A program made the position numbers and the translations under genes. 64,000 nt of DNA. Origin: Nitrosopumilus sp. (lineage in GTDB: Archaea; Thermoproteota; Nitrososphaeria; Nitrososphaerales; Nitrosopumilaceae). The DNA lies in assembly GCA_963667665.2 (NCBI GenBank), contig OY763927.2:192001-256000 (forward strand), given 5' to 3'. Below, in pieces: positions 1 through 9,680 of the stretch; within the stretch, counting starts at the first letter, position 1; the number at the start of each line of letters is the position of its first letter. The notes under the pieces are model-generated. The model saw only the letters and a list, made by a program, of their open reading frames with translations, ran no database searches and had not been told where the DNA came from.

Positions 1-412
1 GCGACGGCACGCAAATAAAATCCATCATTGAAGGGGCCAATGCTAAAAAACTGATTCCGATCCACACCTCGCCCGAGAATGAAATCTATCATGAAAGGTG
101 GCACGGCAACGTACATTCTGCACGCCTTGGCGACTCTGTAGCCTTGTAATTTCTCGACCAGCATGGCGCACCGATGTGGCTTATCTTCAGGTCTTTATCA
201 TGATTTAATCGGGGAAATATCTGCACTGTTAATGTTATAAACGCCGTGGTCTCGCCGCATCTTATTCCACCTGACGGGACTGTCTCCGGCGTACTGGAAC
301 CGGAGAAATGTGTCGGCCCTCTAACGTGATACTCCCGCCCTCGAATGCAATACCCTATCAAAATCGATGAAGACTCTCTAAAATGTATCAGTGCATAAAA
401 TCGTATATTGTG

Positions 413-1159
413 TTATACTAAGAACTTTGAAGCGTTTTTCCCTTCCTGAGTAATTTTTATCCATCTATTCCTTCCAATTTTCTCAATTTTAATGAATTGC
501 CATTTTTCTAAAGGTCTGATTATATTTTTGTCAAGACTGGCAAATCGCACCATCGAATGATTGTCTCTATTTGTAGGATTGACTGAAATCAGATTCTTTT
601 TTTCTGCAAGTTCTGCCATCTTCTTTTTTGTAATTTTTCCCTTCTCTGTTGTAATTATTCTCAGAGCACCGATCAATTTAGAATCGGGAATTTTAATAGA
701 GTATGTAGGAACATTTTGAATCTCTTTTATCCCTAGGGATAAAGGTTTTTCCGCCTCAAATCCAGGATAGTTTTCTGCCTCTACATAAAACGGGTGAACG
801 TTGGAGTCATCATTGAACATCATGCATGCCATCATTATTCCTATTGCCTGAATCTTTGATCCCGATGCCAAATTGGCATAGATGTCGTTTCCCTTTTCTT
901 CTTCTATGATGTTTTTTACTGCACGAATAATTTGAAACAGATCATGTCTGTCATGTGATTCTTCATCAGTTTTAATTCCCAGTCTCTTTAATTGACTTGT
1001 TATCCTTGTGATAAATGGCCCTGCCTTGTCATCGCTTTTATTTTTATGAACCAATAGTCACACCTTGTCTGCTTTTTCTTGTTTTGCAGGAAGGACCACC
1101 CTGTCAATCTCAAATCCTACAGGGGCAATCTGCACACGTAGTTTTGCAATTCTAGTCAT
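413..1159 (-). pseudogene. DUF6293/HFX_2341-like transcriptional regulator (CARF-like Rossmann N-domain + C-terminal wHTH), interrupted by an in-frame TGA
   Basis: ORF 413..1054 extends in frame to ATG 1159 (MTRIAKLRVQIAPVGFEIDRVVLPAKQEKADKV*LLVH) with TGA at 1058-1060; motifs IAPVGFEIDR, NLASGSK and C-terminal IIRPLEKWQFIKIEKIGRNRWIKITQEG. Confidence 0.7.
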
Positions 1160-1224
1160 GATAGTATCTAAGGTATGCACACTATATACATAATATATAA
1201 TAATTTCTCAAATCTAGATAATTT

Positions 1225-1449
1225 ATGAAGCAAACACAAAATATGGCACTAAACTCTTGTGTCGTAGTTGACATTACAGCGAAACTAAAAGTAGCCCTGA
1301 AACTCAAAGCACATGTTAAAAGCAAATCAATCAAGAGCATTCTGTGCGATGCTGTATCAGATAATGTACATCGTGTACATGGTTACTTGCCTGAAAAAAT
1401 AACTGCCAAAGCTGCTTCTTCATATCTTTTGCATGGTGGTATACAGTGA
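1225..1449 (+). CDS. small hypothetical protein, possibly ribbon-helix-helix DNA-binding
   Basis: 74 aa ORF directly upstream of the Ubl gene; VVVDITAKLKVALKLKAHVKSKSIKSILCDAV resembles an RHH beta-alpha-alpha pattern. Confidence 0.35.
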   Translation: MKQTQNMALNSCVVVDITAKLKVALKLKAHVKSKSIKSILCDAVSDNVHRVHGYLPEKITAKAASSYLLHGGIQ

Positions 1450-1469
1450 TTTTTTACCGGACACACTCA

Positions 1470-1478
1470 AAGGAGGTG
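1470..1478 (+). promoter_or_regulatory. Shine-Dalgarno site for the Ubl gene
   Basis: AGGAGGTGA ending 7 nt upstream of TTG 1486. Confidence 0.7.
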
Positions 1479-1485
1479 ATAAATA

Positions 1486-1749
1486 TTGGAAGATAAACAC
1501 GATACAAACATAACAATTCTTATTCGTACGCCACAAAAACCTTGGGAACATGAATTCAAGTCAACTACTACGATAAAGCAAGTGATTGAAGACATTGTAA
1601 AACATTTTAGTTTTGCACCAAATGGCACATATGAGCTGAGATTAAAGACGGACGAAGATAATCCGCTAGAGCCAGACAAGACTTTGGAAAATTATGGAAT
1701 AAAGGATGGAGCCATCGTAATTTTCACCGATCTTGGAGTTGCCGTATGA
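1486..1749 (+). CDS. ubiquitin-like beta-grasp protein (BilA/DUF2604-like)
   Basis: 87 aa; ubiquitin-like pattern TTIKQVIEDI...YELRL...PLEPDKTLENYGIKDGAIVIF; first gene of a four-gene coupled operon. Confidence 0.8.
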   Translation: MEDKHDTNITILIRTPQKPWEHEFKSTTTIKQVIEDIVKHFSFAPNGTYELRLKTDEDNPLEPDKTLENYGIKDGAIVIFTDLGVAV

Positions 1750-2219
1750 CTGTTCCGCCGGCTACTTCTTTGTTAATTGCACAGCATGAGATTAATGATG
1801 CAAAAAATAATCCTGTGTTGAAATTAGTGACATTTTCTGAATTTAACAAAGAAGAACTTGCGCTTACAGTAGAGATGCAGTCAAAAATTGATCAAGAAAG
1901 GTACATTCTCAAAATAGAATTTGATAATTACAAGGAATGGCCACTTCTCTTAGAATTTATCGATCCCTCAACCGGGAGGGAAGGAACAAAGCCTGCTTAC
2001 CCAAAATGCAATGACAGTTTTTTTCACTCCTATCCGTGCATCTGTAACCCGTGTTCGAGAAAATCGTATAGCTCATATTCGGGAATCCACAACAACTGGA
2101 ATCTTGTAGGCTGGAAACAAAATCCACAAGTTAGCAGTTTAACCAATTTACAATCTATACTTCAAGCAATCTACTTTCGAATAAACACTAAAGGACGCTA
2201 TAAAGGAAGAATGGCTTGA
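1746..2219 (+). CDS. prokaryotic E2-like conjugating enzyme (BilB-like)
   Basis: LKIEFDNYKEWPLLLEFIDP (UBC-like YP..P segment), FFHSYPCICNPCSR with candidate catalytic Cys, H..W; ATGA overlap with the Ubl stop. Confidence 0.72.
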   Translation: MTVPPATSLLIAQHEINDAKNNPVLKLVTFSEFNKEELALTVEMQSKIDQERYILKIEFDNYKEWPLLLEFIDPSTGREGTKPAYPKCNDSFFHSYPCICNPCSRKSYSSYSGIHNNWNLVGWKQNPQVSSLTNLQSILQAIYFRINTKGRYKGRMA

Positions 2220-2767
2220 TCAGAGATATGTTGTCAATATCTAAGAAAACGTCTAGACTAAAAGACAGAAAAAAATATCTAATTTCTTCCAAAGTCATCA
2301 GGGACACTGAGAAGGTTTTACAAGACTATGCTTGTAAAAGTCCGCCTAATGAGGGCCTGATCTATTGGGCCGGGGAAATTTCAGATAATGTGATTAGTAT
2401 AACAGCAGTAATAGCTCCAAACACAGAATCTGATTCGTACCGTGTGTCAACATCACACAAAGATAACTTTCATGTGGTAAATGAATTGAATGAACTAAAA
2501 CTAGTAGAGGTGGCACAAGTTCATTCGCATCCCGATTACTGGGTGGATCATTCCTATGGCGATGACAAATGGGCAGCCTTCAAATTTGGGGGATTGCTAT
2601 CCATTGTAGTTCCAAATTACTGCAAGGAAGGAATGCTGCCGCTAGAAAAATGCGGCATTCATCGTTACAAAAAGAGAGGGTTTGCCCGTCTTTCAATAAA
2701 GTATGTAAAAGAACACTTTCAATTGATTGATCGCACAGACTCAAAATTTGTGGATTTGAGAAGATGA
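2216..2767 (+). CDS. JAB/MPN+ (JAMM) metalloprotease, deubiquitinase-like (BilC-like)
   Basis: NEGLIYWAG (catalytic E) and QVHSHPDYWVDHSYGDD (HxH-x7-S-x2-D type motif); TTGA overlap with the E2 stop. Confidence 0.88.
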   Translation: MIRDMLSISKKTSRLKDRKKYLISSKVIRDTEKVLQDYACKSPPNEGLIYWAGEISDNVISITAVIAPNTESDSYRVSTSHKDNFHVVNELNELKLVEVAQVHSHPDYWVDHSYGDDKWAAFKFGGLLSIVVPNYCKEGMLPLEKCGIHRYKKRGFARLSIKYVKEHFQLIDRTDSKFVDLRR

Positions 2768-4176
2768 ATATTCCTCTAACTCGTGATCAATGGTATGAAA
2801 CAAGAGATGATAGAACAAGGAGAATAACAACGGGAGATTTTGAGAATCATGCAGTAGGTATTGTGTTAGATCCAAATTGCAAAGATCTGTTTTCCCACCA
2901 ATGCATGGCCTACATAGTGTGCAATATCATGCCAAGATGGTGCAGAAGACTGGTAATAGACTTGCCTGACGTAGAAAGCATCATACCCCGATATCGTCAT
3001 CAAGAGTTTAAGGAAGTCATAAAGAACTCTGTAAATTCCATTGATCCGTACGGTGATTTTCAGTTTGATAGAATTGATGATAGCAAGGTTGATCAGATAC
3101 TAGTGATAGGAGATCATGAAAAAACTTATTCCAAATCCACTGTATGGATAGACGCAAACGGTTGGATTGCAGGATGCGGGGCAAATTCTAACAAATACAA
3201 ATTAGCCCATAACCATAGCTATAATCCTATAGGTCCTTCTTTTGCATCATGTTTGGGGGCAGCGCAGATATTCGAACAGGCCGTATGCAATAATCGTAGT
3301 GTGGAATATCAAAAATGGCTAAGCTTGTTTGACTTTGACACGTCAGAACACGATCCATCCAAACTGAAGAATCCTGAATTTTCTACAGATTTTGATTATG
3401 GAACCATATATCAGATAGGATGTGGTGCCGTTGGCTCTTCGTTAGACGCCCTCATCTCCCTGACCGACTGGAAGATGGATCTGAGGTTGATTGATAACGA
3501 TGCTGTAGATTATTCTAATTGCAATAGATCCCTGCCGTTTTTGCCATGTGATGCATTACAGGAAAAACTCAAAGTCGATGTGTGCAGTCAAGTACTTGAA
3601 AATAAGAATCGACATATCGCTGCTATTCCTAAAACATATTACGAGTTTACAGGCGAAGAATCGCTTGAAGGTAATCCTGATATCATTCTTTCACTTGCAA
3701 ACGAGGGCAATGTTTGGTCAACTATCCAGGATAATTATCCGCCAATAGTAATTCATGCGGCAACTACTCAAAGCTGGGGAATTAATCTTGGCCGGCACAT
3801 CCCCAGATCCGAATGGTGTGTCATGTGTACTTTCTCAAAACATGTTAATCCATCGTACAAACCCAAATGCGATACAGGAGAGATAACTGCTGAAAATTTG
3901 CAGCCTGTTTTTGGCGTTTTGCCATTTTTATCCCCCGCCGCTGCAGTACTAGTATTGGCAGAGATGTCAAAACTCCAATTTGAAGAGTATCCAATTAACT
4001 ATAATTTCATTGATTTTTCTATGAAAGCACCATTCAATTTTGAACCTGGTCAAAGGAGGCCTGTACAAGGTTGTGAATGTCGTAAACAACAATCTGAAAT
4101 TTATGATCAGTTACACGGTGATTCAAAATTTTGGAAGTTTTGTAAAAAAATCGAATTTAGCGATATGAAATCGTGA
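2764..4176 (+). CDS. E1-like ThiF-family activating enzyme with N-terminal inactive adenylation domain (BilD-like)
   Basis: IGCGAVG nucleotide-binding loop, DNDAVDYSNCNRSL, Zn motifs CVMC and CEC, candidate catalytic Cys in KPKCD; degenerate N-terminal Rossmann half (NPIGPSFASCLGAAQIF); ATGA overlap with the JAB stop. Confidence 0.88.
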   Translation: MNIPLTRDQWYETRDDRTRRITTGDFENHAVGIVLDPNCKDLFSHQCMAYIVCNIMPRWCRRLVIDLPDVESIIPRYRHQEFKEVIKNSVNSIDPYGDFQFDRIDDSKVDQILVIGDHEKTYSKSTVWIDANGWIAGCGANSNKYKLAHNHSYNPIGPSFASCLGAAQIFEQAVCNNRSVEYQKWLSLFDFDTSEHDPSKLKNPEFSTDFDYGTIYQIGCGAVGSSLDALISLTDWKMDLRLIDNDAVDYSNCNRSLPFLPCDALQEKLKVDVCSQVLENKNRHIAAIPKTYYEFTGEESLEGNPDIILSLANEGNVWSTIQDNYPPIVIHAATTQSWGINLGRHIPRSEWCVMCTFSKHVNPSYKPKCDTGEITAENLQPVFGVLPFLSPAAAVLVLAEMSKLQFEEYPINYNFIDFSMKAPFNFEPGQRRPVQGCECRKQQSEIYDQLHGDSKFWKFCKKIEFSDMKS

Positions 4177-4212
4177 ATTTTTGAGCAAGATCTATGTTGC
4201 AATTTTTTACAA

Positions 4213-5564
4213 TGTCAGAAGTTGAAAATGCACCCCTATCGTACACACTGTAAATAGTATTCTAATTCCTTGTCTGTTGATTTTATGATCCTCTTGGCCA
4301 ATACAATGAGCCGCACCAGGAATGCACTAGCTGCCATATTTTTTTTGGCATGCCGCTCAAACTTGATCTTTAACACCTTGTTTATTTTTCGCACTGCCGT
4401 ATACCACAGGTTGCACACAATCATAGAGAGAAAGAACATAAAGACTCTGATCGCATGATTTCGACTGCATGTGCGGGCACGCATCTGCTCAACTGATTTG
4501 AAGTTGTTCTCTATACGCCATCGCTTTTTGTATTCTTCAGGAACATCTTTTATGGTGCGTTTTATGTACCAGCGTTCCACATTTGTGGCATACATCAGAT
4601 ATTCCCATCTTTTCTTACCCTTCTTTTCCTTAAGACGCTTTTTTATCACCAGCCAAAACCTGAACGCTGTTCGTCATTGGATCTCATCTCATATTGAGAT
4701 ATTGCCTTTCTTTTGCCACTGCGAAACTCTGAGACGACCTTTTTGATTTCAGGTGTCTTGCTGACTGCCATCAGGAATCTCTCGCCACATTCGTCCAGAA
4801 AACGCATCACATCTACACTGCTAAACTCGCGGTCCATGAGAATTATTGACTTTTTTAATCCCGTCTTCCTTGATTCTGAGAGCAGTTTACGCACAAATTC
4901 GATCTTTGAGACGTCCTCTGTGACGCGTACGACCGCTATCGTGGGCAGCTGCTCTTCGGTAACTATCTGCATTGTGGCATACGTCTCAAACCGTGATGTT
5001 CCTCCCTTGGGCCTGCCGCTGATTACAAGGCGGTCATTGTGCCTGTCTGCGCCTGTAAATGGGATCAGATGTTTGTCTATGGCCAGCATGTGACCTGTCT
5101 TTCTCTCAAGACCGGATCCTTCCTTGATCGTACTTTCTAACATGCGTCTGCACAGGGCATCCATCTTGTCGGGATCCATCGCACCTATCATTCCCAGCAG
5201 CCACTGGGATGTTGGGATACTGACGTTCTTGTCATCTCTGAGTGTGATTGACATCTCTGTCACGGCCCTGTTGGCAGTAGTTCCGTTCTTGCACATGTGC
5301 AGCAGAACCAGGACGGCATCCTCAAGACCGTACACGGCGTTATGCTCTGTTGAGAAGGGCAACTTTGCACACTTCAACGCATCATACAAGATCTTGAATT
5401 CTTTTTTTGTAGCATTGTCTTGGAAACTCCATTCATTTTTCTGGCCTGACATGTTAACCAGTCAAATCTTGATCTTTTGGCCCCAGATGTCAAAAAACTA
5501 TGTGAATTATCTTGTGAAATTATGCACAAAAAACTTGCTTATGGGGTACATTTTCAACCTCTAA
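4213..5564 (-). mobile_element. ISH3/IS4-like insertion sequence with frameshifted DDE transposase (4646..5452 + 4236..4649)
   Basis: DDE motifs AIDKH, LMDREF, YKKRWRIENNFK; imperfect terminal inverted repeats TCAGAAGTTGAAAATGCACCCC (4215-4236) and GGGGTACATTTTCAACCTCTAA (5543-5564); frameshift near 4670. Confidence 0.85.
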
Positions 5565-5631
5565 TCCCACCATACCTTACAGATTTGCATCACATCTTTT
5601 TTTGTCAACCGCTCACCGCAGGCCATTTTGT

Positions 5632-6431
5632 CTATATCAGGGCCTCCTGCATGACACGCTCACGGGCTATCTGGCAGTATTCTTCCGATATGTCTATTCC
5701 AATATAATTGCGCCCCAACAGCTTGGCCATCTTTAGTGTGGTACCACTCCCGCACATCGGGTCAAGCACGACATCTCCAGTGAAACTGAACATTTTCACG
5801 CACCTGCGGGCTATCTCGGTTGGCATCAGGGCAGGATGCTCCCGTAAGACTCGTTCCTTTTGTGCGGTACCGAGATATTCCAGACCTGTCTGGTGTAATC
5901 CAGCCACTCCTTTTTGGACAGCTTGCTCTGTTCCTTCTCTTCAATGCTACGTTTTTTTGGAATGCCATCCTTGACATATACAGTGATGTACTCGACGGTG
6001 TTTTGCGCGTACAGATTCCCTGGAAACGGATAGCTTCCAAGCATGAGGGTTTTTGTCGGGTTTGGGCGGGCCCAGATGTAGGTGTCGTACAAGTACAGGC
6101 CAGTATCGTGGATTATGGAATGTTGTATAGCAGAATTTATGTCATAGATGTGGCGGTTGTGGTGCGTGTCAAACGCGTCCTTGGCGATAGGCATTGATGG
6201 CGCATTGATTACCAGTTTGCCGTTTGGTACCAATACACGCTGACACTGTCGCCACACCTCCAAAAGTTTGGAGATATAGGAATCAAATACGTGTATGTTG
6301 CCGATCTGGTCTTCTTCACTGCTATACGTCTTGACATCAAAGTATGGTGGGGATGTGACTATCAGATCTACAGATTCAGCGGGCATGCCGGGCATTATAT
6401 CTGCACAGTCGCCACAGATTATCTTATTCAT
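5632..6431 (-). pseudogene. N4-C/N6-A DNA methyltransferase (beta class), frameshifted
   Basis: IVTSPPY motif IV in 5826..6431; HPALMP and VLDPMCGSGTT motif I in 5632..5907; one extra G in the run at 5841-5843 would join the frames. Confidence 0.85.
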
Positions 6432-6829
6432 AACTTACCTCATCCTCTGTGTGGCGACAATCAGTGCTGGCCGTGACTATTATGGGTAGGAACAGGCCGG
6501 TGCGGATCATCTGCCTACTGCCTTTAAACACGCGTGGGTATCTCTCAGGTGATGCCGCACCATCTTTATTTGCCAGTCCGGATCTGGGACGACCTCTGCG
6601 GTGTCTATGCATGTTTTGCCACTTGTCCAATTCGGCGTTTTTCCCAATCCTGCATACGTGCAGGCAAAAATCTTCTGCAGCCTGGGCTTGCCAGCATCAA
6701 CTGACATTCTCTCTGACACTGGAGAATTCACCATCCCTTTCTTGCTTGTCCATATACATCGAAAATAATTTTTAAAATATAAAACCGTGATTTGATTTAT
6801 TTGACCGATGGATTTTTCTTATTCACCAT

Positions 6830-6891
6830 ACGGGTTCTGTCGGACTGTCGGGAGCTAAAAACCGGGCCCTGTCAGGCACGGGTTCTGTCGG
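6830..6891. repeat. 14-bp direct repeat ACGGGTTCTGTCGG x2 with CTGTC(G/A)GG sub-repeats
   Basis: copies at 6830-6843 and 6878-6891 in a GC-rich stretch near the island edge with no convincing ORF. Confidence 0.6.
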
Positions 6892-7168
6892 GGTTATCAA
6901 GAGATCAATTTTGTTTCATAACTTCGACAGGCGCACCTGAACTTTCACAAGCAGACAATTCTCACACGACGTGGCGTTCTCTGCCAACAGCGTTCATTGC
7001 AAAGGTACGAAATCTCCGGGCTGGGAAACAAAGTCCCATCTACGCAAAGGTAATAAACCGGTCATTCCTATACATATATGAGCATGAAGTTACATCCAAT
7101 GTCAAACCCGTATGTTGCAATAAACCTAAAAAACCCCGCGAAAAACTCTCTACTAAATCTAGTTAGTA

Positions 7169-7735
7169 TTGGCACTAATCCCATTTCTTGTTGATGTTTT
7201 ACAAGACCCAATAATTCAATTAATTGCAGTTTTGAGCGCTTTTGGTATTGGCATATTTCAAGGAATTATTCTAGGACGAGCCATACTTGTAAGATTTACA
7301 CGTCTTCAAAATCATGTAAAGACTGTATCAATTTCTTTGTTTATCATATTTTTGGTAAATGCTGTTTTGAGTGTTCCACGTTTTGCTTCTCCTGAGAAAA
7401 TTGACCTCTCTAATGTGTCTGCAGGTAGTACAGGTGAAATTATTTCTTCTATCTTTTTGATTTTTGGAATGAATACTGGGTTTCTAACTGTGCTAGCTAT
7501 TTCTGTTACTGTGATGACTTTTGTTCTTTTAAAATATACAGATATTCGTGGAATAGCAAAAGTATTTGTTTTCTTTTTTAGTGCAATTATTCTATTATTT
7601 ACTGGTCTAAGTAGATTCACGGATCTAACCCCTAGTACGTTTGAGGTGCTTTTGTATTTTCTTTACCAGTTAGGAATTACTATTGGAATTCTTGCAGGTA
7701 CCATCAGAAAAATTAAACCAAAAAAATGGACCTGA
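7169..7735 (+). CDS. hypothetical membrane protein (about 5 TM segments)
   Basis: 188 aa, strongly hydrophobic, core-like AT-rich composition. Confidence 0.75.
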   Translation: MALIPFLVDVLQDPIIQLIAVLSAFGIGIFQGIILGRAILVRFTRLQNHVKTVSISLFIIFLVNAVLSVPRFASPEKIDLSNVSAGSTGEIISSIFLIFGMNTGFLTVLAISVTVMTFVLLKYTDIRGIAKVFVFFFSAIILLFTGLSRFTDLTPSTFEVLLYFLYQLGITIGILAGTIRKIKPKKWT

Positions 7736-7809
7736 AATAATTTCAAACGTTTAAATCAGATTGTAATTGTTTTGATTTTGACATCGAATTCAAACCGTTC
7801 GGGGAACAA

Positions 7810-7838
7810 GCTGACAGTCCATGCGTTGGACTGTCAGC
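7810..7838. terminator. perfect 12-bp stem-loop between convergent genes
   Basis: GCTGACAGTCCA-TGCGT-TGGACTGTCAGC; function uncertain. Confidence 0.4.
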
Positions 7839-7855
7839 CCCATTTATTATAAAAT

Positions 7856-9628
7856 CTAGTTCAATGATGATAATGCTTTAACTTGCTCATCTACATAATC
7901 AAAGCCTTCTTGCCAAAACTTTGGAGATCTGATATCAAATCCATATTCTGAGAGGAGTTTCTCTGGTTTTTTAGCACCACCTGCTGCAAGAATGTTGATG
8001 TATGATGGAACAAAATCTTTTCCCTCTTTTTTGTATCTTTGAAATAGAGATAACGCAAGCAAGTTTCCAAAAGAGTATGCATAGCAATAAAATGGTGTAT
8101 GATAAAAATGTGGAATACAACTCCACTCTATTGCAAAGTCTTCAGTAAGACTCACTGAATTTCCAAATTGCTCTTTTAGATTTTGTAGATATGTCTTTGA
8201 AATCCCATCTACTGTAGTTCCTTCTCCAATTTGCTTATGTGCATCAACTTCAAAGATTGTGAAAAATGACTGTCTAAGAATTGTTGCATACAAATCATCA
8301 ATTTTCTCTGATAACATGATCTTCTTTTCATCATCAGAAATCTTGTCAGAAAGATTGTCATACAATAATAATTCTGAAAATGTGGATGCAGTCTCTGCTA
8401 AAGGTAACGGGGCGTCTTGAACTAGAATTGATCTGTCTTGTGCTGCTTGGCTGTGTACTGCATGGCCTAGTTCATGAGCTAAAGTAAAAACATCTCTTGA
8501 TTTACCTGTAAAATTTACCAGAACATATGGTGTAATTTTTGGCGTTAAAGTACTACAAAATGCTCCATCTCTTTTTCCTTGTCTTATTGATGAATCAATG
8601 TGATTTTCATTGAAGACTTTTCTTGCAAATTCTTCTAATGTTTTATTAAATTTTCCAAGTGACTCAAAGACTAGTTTTACAGATTTATTGTATGTGTAAT
8701 TTTTTTCTTTGATGTTAGCTGCTGCTGGAGCATACACATCGTATCTTCTCAACTTTTTAATTTTTAACATCTTTGCTTTTTGAATAAAGAACTTTTGAAA
8801 AACAGGAGAATTTTTCCTACAAACTAAAAGAAGAGACTCTATAGTTTTATCATCAATGTTATTTCCAATGTTTCTCATTGAAATTGGGGAATCATATCCT
8901 CTAATTTCAATACCCTCATCTCTCCAATTAAGAACAATATTTTGATAGATCTCGCCTATCACTCCTTTGTTTTCGGTATATTTTGTTAGAATGGTTTTGT
9001 AGGCTGTCTCACGAATCTTTGGGCTAGTGCTTCTGACATAGTTTGTGAGTTCTTCTCTTGTCATTTTTTTGGTCTTGTTTCCAATTTTCATTTTGTATTC
9101 ATAGACATTAGTTATCTTGTCATAGAGTTTTACAAGTGCAGATATACCTGTAACATCTAGCGTGTTGATAATTTTTTCTTCAGGTTCACTCAGAGCATAT
9201 TTTGCAAATAGTCTTTTGTGAGCCAAATATTCTGTAAGCTCTCCTGAATCTTTGATTAGTCTTTTAGCGTTTTTTTCATCTACTTGTGTTTTCCACCATA
9301 AGTCAAAAAACAAAATCTTGTTAGAAATCTCAGAACCTAATTTTGACATCTTTGTCATTAGGGATGTTGCTTCATCTGATTGAGTATCTGAAGAATATGA
9401 CAATGATGCATAACCTCCAATTCTACTCATCTTCTCAGAAATTCCTTCCACTTCATTCAGAATACTCATAAATTTCTTTGAGGACATTTTTGGATCTAAT
9501 TTTAATTTTATTTTTTCAAACTTTTTTGCCTGATTTTCTAATTCTTTAATCTGTTTTTGAAATGCTGGACTCTTTGGGTTCTTTACTAATTCTGATAGAT
9601 CCCATTCTCCAAGCTGATATTCTACCAT
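7856..9628 (-). CDS. pepF: M3 family oligoendopeptidase F
   Basis: N-terminal WDLSEL, GKRDGAFC, TLAHELGHAVH zinc motif, LAETASTFSE, PHFYHTPFYCYAY. Confidence 0.93.
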   Translation of the reverse strand: MVEYQLGEWDLSELVKNPKSPAFQKQIKELENQAKKFEKIKLKLDPKMSSKKFMSILNEVEGISEKMSRIGGYASLSYSSDTQSDEATSLMTKMSKLGSEISNKILFFDLWWKTQVDEKNAKRLIKDSGELTEYLAHKRLFAKYALSEPEEKIINTLDVTGISALVKLYDKITNVYEYKMKIGNKTKKMTREELTNYVRSTSPKIRETAYKTILTKYTENKGVIGEIYQNIVLNWRDEGIEIRGYDSPISMRNIGNNIDDKTIESLLLVCRKNSPVFQKFFIQKAKMLKIKKLRRYDVYAPAAANIKEKNYTYNKSVKLVFESLGKFNKTLEEFARKVFNENHIDSSIRQGKRDGAFCSTLTPKITPYVLVNFTGKSRDVFTLAHELGHAVHSQAAQDRSILVQDAPLPLAETASTFSELLLYDNLSDKISDDEKKIMLSEKIDDLYATILRQSFFTIFEVDAHKQIGEGTTVDGISKTYLQNLKEQFGNSVSLTEDFAIEWSCIPHFYHTPFYCYAYSFGNLLALSLFQRYKKEGKDFVPSYINILAAGGAKKPEKLLSEYGFDIRSPKFWQEGFDYVDEQVKALSSLN

Positions 9629-9680
9629 TTGATAATATCATTTTCTAACTATTAAAAAATGAATGCGTGTTTAATCTAGA

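Noticed and set aside
89-361. 90-aa ORF at the window start
   Set aside because: no recognisable motif; GC-rich island DNA that cannot be interpreted without upstream context
2764-4176. E1 as a housekeeping ThiF/MoeB/UbaA sulfur-transfer enzyme
   Set aside because: extra inactive adenylation domain, coupling to E2-like and JAB genes, and no neighbouring thiamine/molybdopterin/tRNA-thiolation genes
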